This document shows, piece by piece, positions 18,103-27,278 of a DNA stretch of 64,000 nt. The first letter of the stretch is position 1; every line of letters begins with the position of its first letter. The stretch is from an uncultured Clostridia bacterium (GTDB lineage Bacteria; Bacillota; Clostridia; TANB77; CAG-508), in assembly GCA_947626735.1 (NCBI GenBank), contig CANQTK010000004.1, positions 2,422 through 66,421 on the forward strand, written 5' to 3'. The position numbers were made by a program, and so were the translations under genes. The notes under the pieces are model-generated. The model did no database searches and had not been told where the DNA came from. It saw only the letters and a list, made by a program, of their open reading frames with translations.

Positions 18103-20667
18103 ATGTACGTGTTTAATAAAATCACGGTCAATCCACAATTACCAAAAAGAATTGAAGAATTAGACAAAATTGCAAATAACCTATGGTGGTCTTGGAATAC
18201 GGAATTTCTAAGACTATTTAAACAAATAGATCGAGATTTATGGGAAACAGTTGAAAAAAATCCAGTGAAATTTTTAAGATTAGTAGCCCAAGAAAAATTA
18301 GAAGAAGCTTCTCAAAATCCAAGCTTTTTAAAAGATTACGATAAAATGGTAGAAAATTTTGAAGCTTATCAAAATAGTAAGTCTACTTGGTTTTCTCGAA
18401 ATTATCCAGACAATAAAAACGATTTAATTGCGTATTTTTCAGCAGAATATGGATTAGACCAAATTTTATCCATTTATTCTGGTGGACTTGGTATTTTATC
18501 TGGCGACCATTTAAAATCTGCAAGTGACTTAGGTATTCCACTTGTTGCAGTTGGTTTGTTATATAAAAATGGATATTTTCATCAAAAAATTAACGGTTAC
18601 GGAGACCAAGAAACAGAATATAGAAAATTAGACATTTCTTCTCTTCCTATCAAACTTGTAAAAGATGTAGAGGGAAAAGATTTAATTCTTTCATTGAAAT
18701 TTCCAAAGAGAAAATTGTATTTAAAAGTATGGCAAATACAAGTAGGAAGAGTTAATTTATATTTAATGGACTCAGACATTGAAGAAAATCATGAAGAATA
18801 TAGAAATGTAACCACAACCCTATATGGTGGGGACCAAGAAATGCGTATTAAGCAAGAAATGGTACTTGGAATGGCAGGAGTAAACTTATTAAAAAGTTTA
18901 GGTTTCAATCCAACGGTTTACCACATGAACGAAGGACATTCTTCTTTCTTAATTATCGAGTTAATCAAAAATGTCATGAAGGAAAAGCAAGTTTCCTTTG
19001 AAATGGCAAGAGATATTGTTTCTTCTAAAACGGTATTTACTACTCATACACCAGTTCCAGCAGGAAATGATATTTTTCCATTAGACTTAGTAGAAAAATA
19101 TTTTAAAGAAGAATGGGAAGCCTTAGGAATTTCCAAAGAAGAATTCTTTAGAATGGGAATGGAGCCAGAACCAAAGCCAAATGCAGGCTTTAATATGGGC
19201 ATTTTAGCACTAAAGGTAGCTGGTAAGAAAAACGGAGTAAGCAAACTTCACGGAGCAGTATCTAGAGAATTATTTAATGACGTATGGCCAGAAATTGCAG
19301 CAGATGAATCTCCAATTACACATGTTACCAACGGAATTCATACATGTTCATGGCTTTGCCAAAATTTAAAAGAATTATATAATGAATATTTAATGCCATA
19401 TTGGCAAGATCATATTTATCAAGATAGCACTTGGGAGAAGATAGAGGAGATTCCAGATGAAAAATTATGGAATGCTCATATGGAAAGAAAACAAAAACTA
19501 ATGGAAGTAGCAAGGCAAAATATTACGGAAAGGCTTAGAAGAAGTGGCTACCGTTATGAAGAAATTAACGAAATTACTTCCAAATTAAATCCAAATGCAC
19601 TAACCATTGGCTTTGCAAGAAGATTTGCAACTTATAAAAGAGCCACTTTATTATTCCGTGATTTAGAAAGAATTACACAAATTTTAAATAATGCAGATAG
19701 ACCAGTGCAAATTATCATTGCTGGGAAGGCACATCCAGCAGATAAAGAGGGACAAGATTTAATCAAATATATTCATGAAATATCGATGAAACCACAATTT
19801 AAAGGGAAAGTATTCTTATTAGAAAATTATAATATTGCTTTATCTCGTTATTTAGTAAGTGGAGTTGATGTATGGTTAAATACGCCAAGACGCCCAATGG
19901 AGGCCTCTGGTACAAGTGGACAAAAAGCTTCTGTGAATGGAGTTGTAAACTTTAGTATTTTAGATGGTTGGTGGGCAGAAGGTTACAATCAAAAGAATGG
20001 CTGGGCAATTGGTACTAATGCTGAATACGAAAACTACGAAATACAAGATAATGCTGATAGTGAAAGCATTTATCAAACATTGGAGAATAAAATTATACCA
20101 GCTTATTATGAAAAAGAGGAAAATGGAATTTCGAAAAAATGGATGGAATATATGAAAAATTCTATCATGTCAACAGGTGGAAAATATAGTACAGCAAGAA
20201 TGTTAGTAGATTACACTACACAATTATATATGCCACTTGCAAACCTTTACCATACCTATTATGAAAGCTTGGAAGAAGTTGCAAAATACAATAGTTTTAA
20301 ACAAGAATTATATCACAACTGGGAAGATATTCAAATAACAGAAGAAAACAATTTGGACAACATTGTGATGGACGCAGGAAATAACATTGAAGTAACTTGC
20401 AAAGTAAAACTTCCTCATATTATGCCAGAAAACATAGAAGCACAAGTGTATTATGGAAAAATTAGAGAAAACGGGGTAGTAGAAAAAATTGCAGTAATTC
20501 CAATGGAATTAGTAGAAGAAAACGAAGAAGAAAGAACCTATACTTATAAAGCAAAAATTGAACTTACCACAGGTGGAGATTATGGTTATACTTTCCGTGT
20601 AATGCCAAAACACGAAATGCTATTAGATTCTGAAAATTTGAATTTAGTAAAATGGATTGTAAAATAA
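18103..20667 (+). CDS. glgP: alpha-glucan phosphorylase family protein
   Basis: YFSAEYGL, SGGLGILSGDHLKSASDLGIPLVAVGLLYKNGYF, and RRPMEASGTSGQKASVNG (pyridoxal-phosphate lysine region). RBS aaaggagg lies before the ATG at 18103, so the listed start at 17995 is an over-extension. Confidence 0.85.
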   Translation: MYVFNKITVNPQLPKRIEELDKIANNLWWSWNTEFLRLFKQIDRDLWETVEKNPVKFLRLVAQEKLEEASQNPSFLKDYDKMVENFEAYQNSKSTWFSRNYPDNKNDLIAYFSAEYGLDQILSIYSGGLGILSGDHLKSASDLGIPLVAVGLLYKNGYFHQKINGYGDQETEYRKLDISSLPIKLVKDVEGKDLILSLKFPKRKLYLKVWQIQVGRVNLYLMDSDIEENHEEYRNVTTTLYGGDQEMRIKQEMVLGMAGVNLLKSLGFNPTVYHMNEGHSSFLIIELIKNVMKEKQVSFEMARDIVSSKTVFTTHTPVPAGNDIFPLDLVEKYFKEEWEALGISKEEFFRMGMEPEPKPNAGFNMGILALKVAGKKNGVSKLHGAVSRELFNDVWPEIAADESPITHVTNGIHTCSWLCQNLKELYNEYLMPYWQDHIYQDSTWEKIEEIPDEKLWNAHMERKQKLMEVARQNITERLRRSGYRYEEINEITSKLNPNALTIGFARRFATYKRATLLFRDLERITQILNNADRPVQIIIAGKAHPADKEGQDLIKYIHEISMKPQFKGKVFLLENYNIALSRYLVSGVDVWLNTPRRPMEASGTSGQKASVNGVVNFSILDGWWAEGYNQKNGWAIGTNAEYENYEIQDNADSESIYQTLENKIIPAYYEKEENGISKKWMEYMKNSIMSTGGKYSTARMLVDYTTQLYMPLANLYHTYYESLEEVAKYNSFKQELYHNWEDIQITEENNLDNIVMDAGNNIEVTCKVKLPHIMPENIEAQVYYGKIRENGVVEKIAVIPMELVEENEEERTYTYKAKIELTTGGDYGYTFRVMPKHEMLLDSENLNLVKWIVK

Positions 20668-20670
20668 AAG

Positions 20671-20706
20671 AAAGAAACTTAAGGGGATTACCCCTTAAGT
20701 TTCTTT
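20671..20706. terminator. bidirectional terminator between convergent glgP and ORF 20695..20988
   Basis: Perfect 16-bp stem aaagaaacttaagggg / ccccttaagtttcttt with loop atta. It overlaps the last codons of the minus-strand ORF. Confidence 0.7.
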
Positions 20707-20988
20707 GCCTTTTTGCGTTACTTGAAAAGAATTACCGTATGAACAACTATTTTCAATAGGTTCAATGCTGACCTTCAGACCAATTTGTTCCATTAATACT
20801 TTGAACTGGTCCAAAGAAAGAGAAATACTTTGAATGGTAAATACTTTAGGAAGTTCATCAGGAGGCCATTCATTTTTAGAAGCTTGCAAGATTAACTGTT
20901 CAAAAACATCCTCATAACAAGAAGAATGTGTAGGCCGGTTTTCATCCCTTAATAAAGCAAGTTTTTCATAAAGTTCACTTTTTTTCAT
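20695..20988 (-). CDS. hypothetical protein (paralog of 21021..21311)
   Basis: 97 aa with RBS aaggaggg. Shares YEKLxLxRD ... LPKxF with the upstream gene. Contains an in-frame CGG at 20935..20937. Confidence 0.6.
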   Translation of the reverse strand: MKKSELYEKLALLRDENRPTHSSCYEDVFEQLILQASKNEWPPDELPKVFTIQSISLSLDQFKVLMEQIGLKVSIEPIENSCSYGNSFQVTQKGKET

Positions 20989-21020
20989 TTTACCCTCCTT
21001 ACAATGATAGTTAAAATAGT

Positions 21021-21311
21021 TTATTGAGACGGTTTAACAATAGTAATCTGGAAAGTAGCTTTTTTACTTGCCCAATCCATATATACCTCGTGTGCTATTA
21101 TGGAAAGGTTAAGCTGAAGAAAAATAGGTTCCAAATTAGTGTTGTAATGAATCTTTTCTAAAGAAAATATTTTGGGAAGGGTGTCTGGTTGCTCTTCATT
21201 GTTAAAAGCAATCATCAGTAATTGATCTAAAACTTCTCTTATATAAGGAAATTCTTTGGCATTGCGCATACTATCTCTTACTAAAGTAAGTTTTTCATAA
21301 AAAGCATTCAT
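21021..21311 (-). CDS. hypothetical protein (paralog of 20695..20988)
   Basis: 96 aa with RBS aggagag. Same length and shared motifs with its neighbour. No family recognised. Confidence 0.6.
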   Translation of the reverse strand: MNAFYEKLTLVRDSMRNAKEFPYIREVLDQLLMIAFNNEEQPDTLPKIFSLEKIHYNTNLEPIFLQLNLSIIAHEVYMDWASKKATFQITIVKPSQ

Positions 21312-21422
21312 TCTTTTTTACTCTCCTATAATTATAGTATAAAGCAATTAAGATAATAGCATCAATAGCATTATACTATAACTAACGCAAAAATGCAAAT
21401 TTGAATAATTCATAAATAGCTA

Positions 21423-21451
21423 TTGAAGCAAAAAAAAATTAATGATATAAT
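21423..21451 (+). promoter_or_regulatory. sigma-A-like promoter for pyk
   Basis: TTGAAG, 17-nt spacer, TATAAT. Confidence 0.5.
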
Positions 21452-21503
21452 TTGAATTGGTTAGAATATAATAAAAAGAAAAACTTAGGAGGAAATAAAA
21501 TAA

Positions 21504-22934
21504 ATGAGAAAAACCAAAATTGTATGTACGATAGGACCAGCATCACAAGAAGTCGAAACATTAAAACAATTAATTTTAGCAGGAATGGATGTGGCAAGAA
21601 TTAACTTTTCACATGGTAGCTTCCAAGACCAACAACAAAAAATAGAAAATGTAAAAAAGGCAAGAGAAGAATTACATAGACCAGTTGCCTTACTTTTAGA
21701 TACCCAAGGGCCAGAAATAAGAACAGGTGCATTAGAACAAAAGTCAGTGGAGTTAAAAGCACATGACATCTTTACATTAGTTCATGAAGAAAAGATAGGA
21801 AATAAAGAGGGAGTAAGTATTAGTTATAAAGAACTCTATCAAGATATCAAAGTAGGAACTCAAATTTTAATTGATGATGGCAAAATAGAATTACAAGTAA
21901 AAGAAATAAAAGATAAAGATGTAATATGTGAAGTTATGAATGGTGGAATGCTAGGAAATAGAAAAAGTATCAATTTACCAGGCACCCATGTGAATTTACC
22001 ATCCTTAAAAGAAAAGGATATACAAGACCTAAAGGATGGTTGCAAAGCAGACTTTGATTTTGTAGCAGCTTCTTTTGTAAGATCCAAGGAAGATGTAAAG
22101 GCCATTCGAAAAGTTTTAGACGAAAATGGTGGAGAAAAAATTAAAATTATTGCTAAAATTGAAAATCAAGAAGGAATTGACCATTTAGATGAAATTATTG
22201 AAGTAAGCGATGGAATTATGGTAGCAAGAGGAGATCTAGGAGTAGAAATACCATTTTATGAAGTTCCTATTATGCAAAAAAAATTTATTCAAAAATGTAA
22301 TAATGCGGGAAAATTAGTTATTACAGCAACCCAAATGCTAGATTCTATGACAGAAAACCCAAACCCAACAAGAGCAGAAGTAAGTGATGTAGCCAATGCC
22401 ATCTTTGATGTCACAGGAGCTATTATGCTATCAGGGGAAAGTGCTATGGGAAAATATCCAGTAAAATGTGTAGAAACGATGAATCAAATTGCAGAAGCAG
22501 TAGAAGAATATATTAAATATTGGAAAAGATTTACGAGAAGAGAACATGACTTAAGTGATTTAGATTATGAATTTAACCTAAACCATAGTGTAACAACAAC
22601 GGCAATGGAAATGAATGCAAAAGCGATATTTGCTTATACAGAAACAGGAAACACGCCAAGAATGCTAGCAAGTTTCTTGCCAGCATGTCCAATTTATGCT
22701 CTCACGAATAACGAAAAAACATATCGCCAATTAGCATTAACATGGAATACAATACCAATATTCATTCAAGATAAAACAAAACCAAATGATATTATAGAAG
22801 AAGGATTAGAGGAAGCAAAAAGACGTGGTTATGTGCAAGAAGGAGATGTTGTTGTTTTAGCAGGAGGAGCTTCTATTTTATCTAATCATGCAGAAGCCAT
22901 GAATAGAACCATTGGTGGCGTACTAAAAATTTAA
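21504..22934 (+). CDS. pyk: pyruvate kinase
   Basis: MRKTKIVCTIGPAS, RINFSHG, DGIMVARGDLGVEIP and ATQMLDSM. Confidence 0.92.
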   Translation: MRKTKIVCTIGPASQEVETLKQLILAGMDVARINFSHGSFQDQQQKIENVKKAREELHRPVALLLDTQGPEIRTGALEQKSVELKAHDIFTLVHEEKIGNKEGVSISYKELYQDIKVGTQILIDDGKIELQVKEIKDKDVICEVMNGGMLGNRKSINLPGTHVNLPSLKEKDIQDLKDGCKADFDFVAASFVRSKEDVKAIRKVLDENGGEKIKIIAKIENQEGIDHLDEIIEVSDGIMVARGDLGVEIPFYEVPIMQKKFIQKCNNAGKLVITATQMLDSMTENPNPTRAEVSDVANAIFDVTGAIMLSGESAMGKYPVKCVETMNQIAEAVEEYIKYWKRFTRREHDLSDLDYEFNLNHSVTTTAMEMNAKAIFAYTETGNTPRMLASFLPACPIYALTNNEKTYRQLALTWNTIPIFIQDKTKPNDIIEEGLEEAKRRGYVQEGDVVVLAGGASILSNHAEAMNRTIGGVLKI

Positions 22935-23114
22935 TTAATTTTGCCAAACCATAATATTACTAAAAACAACACTAAAAATAGTAAAAGCAATCACAAGGAC
23001 TCCACCAAAGGAGTTCTTTTCTTTTTTGATTTCATATAAACCGTATGAAGTAGAATACACTAATACATAGAGAGTAAAAACAAGAAATAAAATATGATAA
23101 AAAGAAGCAAGCAT
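22935..23114 (-). CDS. small two-TM membrane protein, fourth gene of the ger operon (possible D-type subunit)
   Basis: Strong RBS aaggagg 8 nt before the ATG at 23114, 17 nt after the gerAC-like stop. 59 aa with two hydrophobic helices. Confidence 0.55.
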   Translation of the reverse strand: MLASFYHILFLVFTLYVLVYSTSYGLYEIKKEKNSFGGVLVIAFTIFSVVFSNIMVWQN

Positions 23115-23131
23115 CAATAAAACCTCCTTTT

Positions 23132-24355
23132 TTAAGTTTCGTTAATTAAGAAACCAGATTGAATTTCAGTGTCAATGGTTACTTTAAAAGTAGAATTGAC
23201 GTAACTATTTTGCCAGTCATATTCTTCGAAGTCTTGTGCGGTTAAGAAACTAGATAAAGCATATTTTCCAAAACCGCTAATGTCAGATTTGAATTCCATA
23301 GAAGTACGATACAAATATTGCGTTAAGGCTTCTTCTAAATATTGATTTGCTGCATTAGAAATAGCCTCTAACATAGCATCATCCAAATAATGTGCATTAT
23401 CTTTCATCGAATAGACTCTACCTGTAAATTTAGCCTCAAAGCGAATATAAGGGGAACCATTGACAATATCGACTTTAATTTTTTTATGACCTTCATTCGA
23501 TATTTTGATATCTAATAGTTTTTCAGGATTGTCAGGGTCGGGTACACTAATTAAAAAAGAATCGGTATCGCCACGCAAAATAGAAAGGCATAAAGTTTCA
23601 ATAGCAGTTAATTCTCCTACTAATTTGTCATCTTTGAAAACAGCAATGCCTAAATTTTCTGCTCCTCTATCGCCAGAAAAGGGAGTATTAGTTGATTTCA
23701 TCGTAGTAACACTAGTACTTTGAGAAGTATTTTCTGAGGTATTAGCGTTTTTATTTACACCACCAAGAATAGCAAAAGGCTCACATGTATTGCATAAATA
23801 TTGGTTTAAAAAGTCAGCGAAGGTAACATTATAAATGTAACCTGTGTATTTGCTTGAATTAGGAAAAATTTCATAATATTTTGTAATTAAATTTTCTAAA
23901 ATAGGGGTGGAATTTTGCATATAGTCTTTGGCAGTGTTTTTACTTACAATGATATTAGCAGAATGTCTTACCTGTGAATCGTTGGCTAACGTATAAACAG
24001 CATCCGAAATTCCTTGGCTTGCTACTTCTTCTGAAAAAATAAGTAAACGACAATGGGATAGATTGATTTTTTTGGCCAAATAACTATTCATTAAGTTAAT
24101 GGCACTATCAATAGAAGATGCTTCTACAGAGTTAATAATAAGAGGACTTTTTTCACTAGAACCAGAATCACTGGTAGAACTTCCTGTAGTAAATTGAAAA
24201 CTAATATTAAAATCTTCATTTTCTCCTACATCAATACCAAGGGCAATAACATAGGCTAAGTTATCAATATTAAGAGAAGTATAAGAAGGGCTAAAAGCCA
24301 CAATAAAAATAATAATGACTAGCAAAATGAAGATATTACGTAGTATTTTATTCAA
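23132..24355 (-). CDS. Ger(x)C-family spore germination protein
   Basis: Position and size (407 aa) fit the third gene of a gerA-type operon. AYVIALGIDVGE near the N-terminus is typical of the family. There is no lipobox Cys in the N-terminal region. Confidence 0.75.
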   Translation of the reverse strand: MNKILRNIFILLVIIIFIVAFSPSYTSLNIDNLAYVIALGIDVGENEDFNISFQFTTGSSTSDSGSSEKSPLIINSVEASSIDSAINLMNSYLAKKINLSHCRLLIFSEEVASQGISDAVYTLANDSQVRHSANIIVSKNTAKDYMQNSTPILENLITKYYEIFPNSSKYTGYIYNVTFADFLNQYLCNTCEPFAILGGVNKNANTSENTSQSTSVTTMKSTNTPFSGDRGAENLGIAVFKDDKLVGELTAIETLCLSILRGDTDSFLISVPDPDNPEKLLDIKISNEGHKKIKVDIVNGSPYIRFEAKFTGRVYSMKDNAHYLDDAMLEAISNAANQYLEEALTQYLYRTSMEFKSDISGFGKYALSSFLTAQDFEEYDWQNSYVNSTFKVTIDTEIQSGFLINET

Positions 24356-25449
24356 TCTAAATCACCTACTTTTCTTTTCCTTCTAAAGGATGCCAAAAGC
24401 AAAATAAGAAAACTCATAATACAAACAATACCAATCATAAGGTAAGGATAAATATCCGTTTCGTAAAACTTTGCCATAGCGTAGTTTTTTGGAAAAAGAG
24501 AAACGGCAAGGATGCAAAGACCAACAGGGTAAATGGTTGGTTTAAAATCTTTTACATTGGTTATTTTGCGAAAAATGAGAAGTACAAATTTGCTAATAAT
24601 TCCTAAATAGCAAGCAAGAACCAACATCCATATTAGTAAAAATACAGATTCTAACCTTTGAAAGAAACTTCCAAATTCAATATAGGTGGCAGCTGAATAA
24701 AGTGGCATTACTTCATCTATTTTCACAAAGTAAGGAAATATAAATAGAACAATAGAAACGGTAATCATTAAGTAAATGACAGATAAAACAACGGAAGTAA
24801 TAGCGACTTTTTTGAATTTTTGAGGCTCTTTTAATAAAGGTGGAAGAAAATACAAAAAAACAATTCCACTAAAAGAGGAAATATTGCCAAGTCCTGTTAC
24901 AAACGTTTCAAAGATTCCATTGCCTAAAATAGGAAAAATTCTTTGTGGTGAAAAGTGCCTAAAGTTAGCAACAAATAAAAATATAATACTACCAAGAGCT
25001 ATAGGTGTAATAATTAAATTTGCCTTCAAACTAGCATTAAAGGATAAGTAGTTCGTAGCACAAAGGGCAATAATGAAAAATAAAATGACAAATAAAATGC
25101 TAGTAGAGGGGTAGTATACAATTCTTAAACATTCACAAAAGTTTCTAAGAAAAATACTAGAACTAACAATAAAATAAAAAATAAAAATAAATCCTACGAT
25201 TTTCTTTAAAATATTTCCTCCCAGTACTTCAGACACATCAATAATGTCCATACCAGGAAATTTTTGAAAGAAGCGATATATCATATAAACCAAAAGTAGC
25301 ATAAGTAAACCAACATAGAATAAGTTTATAATACTAGCAGAGTTAGTAAGGGCTAAAATGGCTTTAGGAAGGGACAATACAGTTCGTATGATAATAACAG
25401 ATAGAATAAGACAAATGGCTTCTAACGTACCAATTCTTGAGTGATTCAT
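24352..25449 (-). CDS. Ger(x)B-family spore germination protein (APC-superfamily permease-like)
   Basis: 365 aa, about 10 TM, 4-nt overlap with the C gene. Middle gene of the gerA-type operon. Confidence 0.8.
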   Translation of the reverse strand: MNHSRIGTLEAICLILSVIIIRTVLSLPKAILALTNSASIINLFYVGLLMLLLVYMIYRFFQKFPGMDIIDVSEVLGGNILKKIVGFIFIFYFIVSSSIFLRNFCECLRIVYYPSTSILFVILFFIIALCATNYLSFNASLKANLIITPIALGSIIFLFVANFRHFSPQRIFPILGNGIFETFVTGLGNISSFSGIVFLYFLPPLLKEPQKFKKVAITSVVLSVIYLMITVSIVLFIFPYFVKIDEVMPLYSAATYIEFGSFFQRLESVFLLIWMLVLACYLGIISKFVLLIFRKITNVKDFKPTIYPVGLCILAVSLFPKNYAMAKFYETDIYPYLMIGIVCIMSFLILLLASFRRKRKVGDLD

Positions 25450-25463
25450 AAAAAAATTCCTTT

Positions 25464-27158
25464 CTATTTATATTTCCATTTCATACTGATATGGTCTTGT
25501 GCTTTTTCTTTTTTAGGAGCTACATAAGTTGCACGATATTCTTGTTTCCAGATAGGTGGAATAAAATAGCCATTTCCTTTGCTATTGATAGCAGGGGCAA
25601 AGGGTGCCATAAAAGGAACACCAAAGGAGCGAATATTGCAAAGGATGGATAAATAGACAAAAAGTCCAATAGAAATGCCTAAAAAACCAGCAATATAACC
25701 AAGTAGTACAAAGCCAAAACGGAAAAATCGTAAATGAAAACCAAATGAAAAATCTGGAATAGCAAAAGAAGCAATTCCCGTTAAGGCAATAATAATGATA
25801 AGAATAGGACTAACAATGTTAGCACTAACAGCGGCTTGTCCTAAAACTAAAGCACCAACAATACCAATGGTAGGTCCAATCGGAGAAGGAACTCTAAGGC
25901 CAGCTTCTCGAATTAGTTCAAAAGAAACCTCCATAATAAAAATTTCAAAAATAACCGGAAAAGGCACGGTTTCTCTTGCACTTAAAATAGAGTAAAGTAG
26001 TTCCGTTGGTAAGATTTCTTGGTGAAAACTAGTCACCGCTACGTAAAATCCTGGAAGTAATAAAGTAATAATAGAGGCTAAAAAACGAAGTGTTCTTAAA
26101 AAATTAGCAAAATAAGGTTTTAAGTTGGTATCTTCTGGTGAGGACATAAAGTCAATAAAAGTAGCTGGCATAATTAAGGAATAGGGAGAGCCATTTACTA
26201 AAACAACAACACGTCCTTGTAATAAGTGTTTTGCCGTTTTATCTGGTCTTTCGGTAGATAAAATTTCTGGTACGCCAATTTGATTATCATCAATAATTAA
26301 TTGTTCTAATTGGCCAGAAGATAATAAAGAGTCAATTTCTAAGTTATTTAAACGATATTTGACTTCTGCTACTAAATCACTATTGGTAATATTTTCCATG
26401 TAACAAAGAGCACATTTCGTTTTGGTTACCTTTCCTATTTCTATATTTTCAATAATTAATTGTTCGTTATTTGTAATTCTACGAAGTAAAGAAGTATTGG
26501 TCCTAATATTTTCTACGAAGGCTTCTTGAGGTCCTTTAATAATAATTTCATTATTAGGAGAATCGACACTTCTTTGCTTAAATCCTTTTACTTCAATATC
26601 AAAGGCAATTTCAAGGGTATCAATAAATAAGGCACAATTACCAGCGTTCACACCAGAAATAATGGCATCCATTTCTTTTTCTTCTGTAATACTATTTTGG
26701 GGAAGAAGTCTACTAGAAATATATTGTGCTAAGTCAAATTTTTTTACTTTTCTAAGGGAAACATTGTTTGTAATGGTTTGTGATATGTTTTTCTCTTTTT
26801 GAGTTTGAAAGGTGTTAGTAGAGTTTCGAAGCATTAAAGGTTTTAAAATAAAATCGTTAATTAAATTAGAATCTACCATACCGTCAATAAATAATAAAAA
26901 TGCTTTATATGGTTTATTATGCACAAGAAGGGTAAACTCACGAAGGATAATATCACTGTTAAGAAAAGTATTAAATCTTGTTTTGATATATTCTAAATTG
27001 ACATCTAAATGAGAAACTATTTTTTTTCGATTTTCTAGAGGATTGACATTTTCTTCTTGGTTGTGATTATTTTCTTCTGTTTGGGCAATAGAGAAGTCAT
27101 AAGCTTCCTGTGGTTTCCATGTAAAAGAGTCTAGTATTTTTTTAAAATCCATTTTCAT
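25464..27158 (-). CDS. GerA-family spore germination protein (A subunit)
   Basis: LRRITNNEQLIIE, RPDKTAKHLLQGRVVVLVNGSPYSLIMPATF, ETVPFPVIFE and the C-terminal TM block. The likely start is MKMDFKK at 27158; the listed start at 27278 runs into the divergent promoter. Confidence 0.85.
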   Translation of the reverse strand: MKMDFKKILDSFTWKPQEAYDFSIAQTEENNHNQEENVNPLENRKKIVSHLDVNLEYIKTRFNTFLNSDIILREFTLLVHNKPYKAFLLFIDGMVDSNLINDFILKPLMLRNSTNTFQTQKEKNISQTITNNVSLRKVKKFDLAQYISSRLLPQNSITEEKEMDAIISGVNAGNCALFIDTLEIAFDIEVKGFKQRSVDSPNNEIIIKGPQEAFVENIRTNTSLLRRITNNEQLIIENIEIGKVTKTKCALCYMENITNSDLVAEVKYRLNNLEIDSLLSSGQLEQLIIDDNQIGVPEILSTERPDKTAKHLLQGRVVVLVNGSPYSLIMPATFIDFMSSPEDTNLKPYFANFLRTLRFLASIITLLLPGFYVAVTSFHQEILPTELLYSILSARETVPFPVIFEIFIMEVSFELIREAGLRVPSPIGPTIGIVGALVLGQAAVSANIVSPILIIIIALTGIASFAIPDFSFGFHLRFFRFGFVLLGYIAGFLGISIGLFVYLSILCNIRSFGVPFMAPFAPAINSKGNGYFIPPIWKQEYRATYVAPKKEKAQDHISMKWKYK

Positions 27159-27218
27159 CCGTCCTTTTTCTTTAGAATTTCCAAAATGGGAAAATTTATG
27201 CAAAAACAAGAATAAATT

Positions 27219-27247
27219 TTGACATAGAATGAAGAATAGCATATAAT
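27219..27247 (+). promoter_or_regulatory. consensus sigma-A promoter for ORF 27279
   Basis: TTGACA, exactly 17 nt, TATAAT. Confidence 0.6.
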
Positions 27248-27278
27248 AAGGAAGAAGAAAAAGGAAGGATGAAAACAA

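Noticed and set aside
27159-27205. Sigma-G-type forespore promoter (GCATA-17-AATTCTA) upstream of the gerA-type operon.
   Set aside because: The candidate -10 element lies only about 15 nt from the start codon and overlaps the RBS region, leaving no room for a leader. The match is also imperfect.
27159-27278. N-terminal over-extensions of listed ORFs: GerAA start at 27278, GlgP at 17995, DHFR at 4799, Lon-like at 10220, ORF at 40623, ORF at 14316, GT2 at 60008, RNHCP at 28964 and ORF at 29628.
   Set aside because: Internal Met codons preceded by good Shine-Dalgarno sequences coincide with the start of family-conserved sequence. The extensions run through promoters, terminators or the RBS itself.
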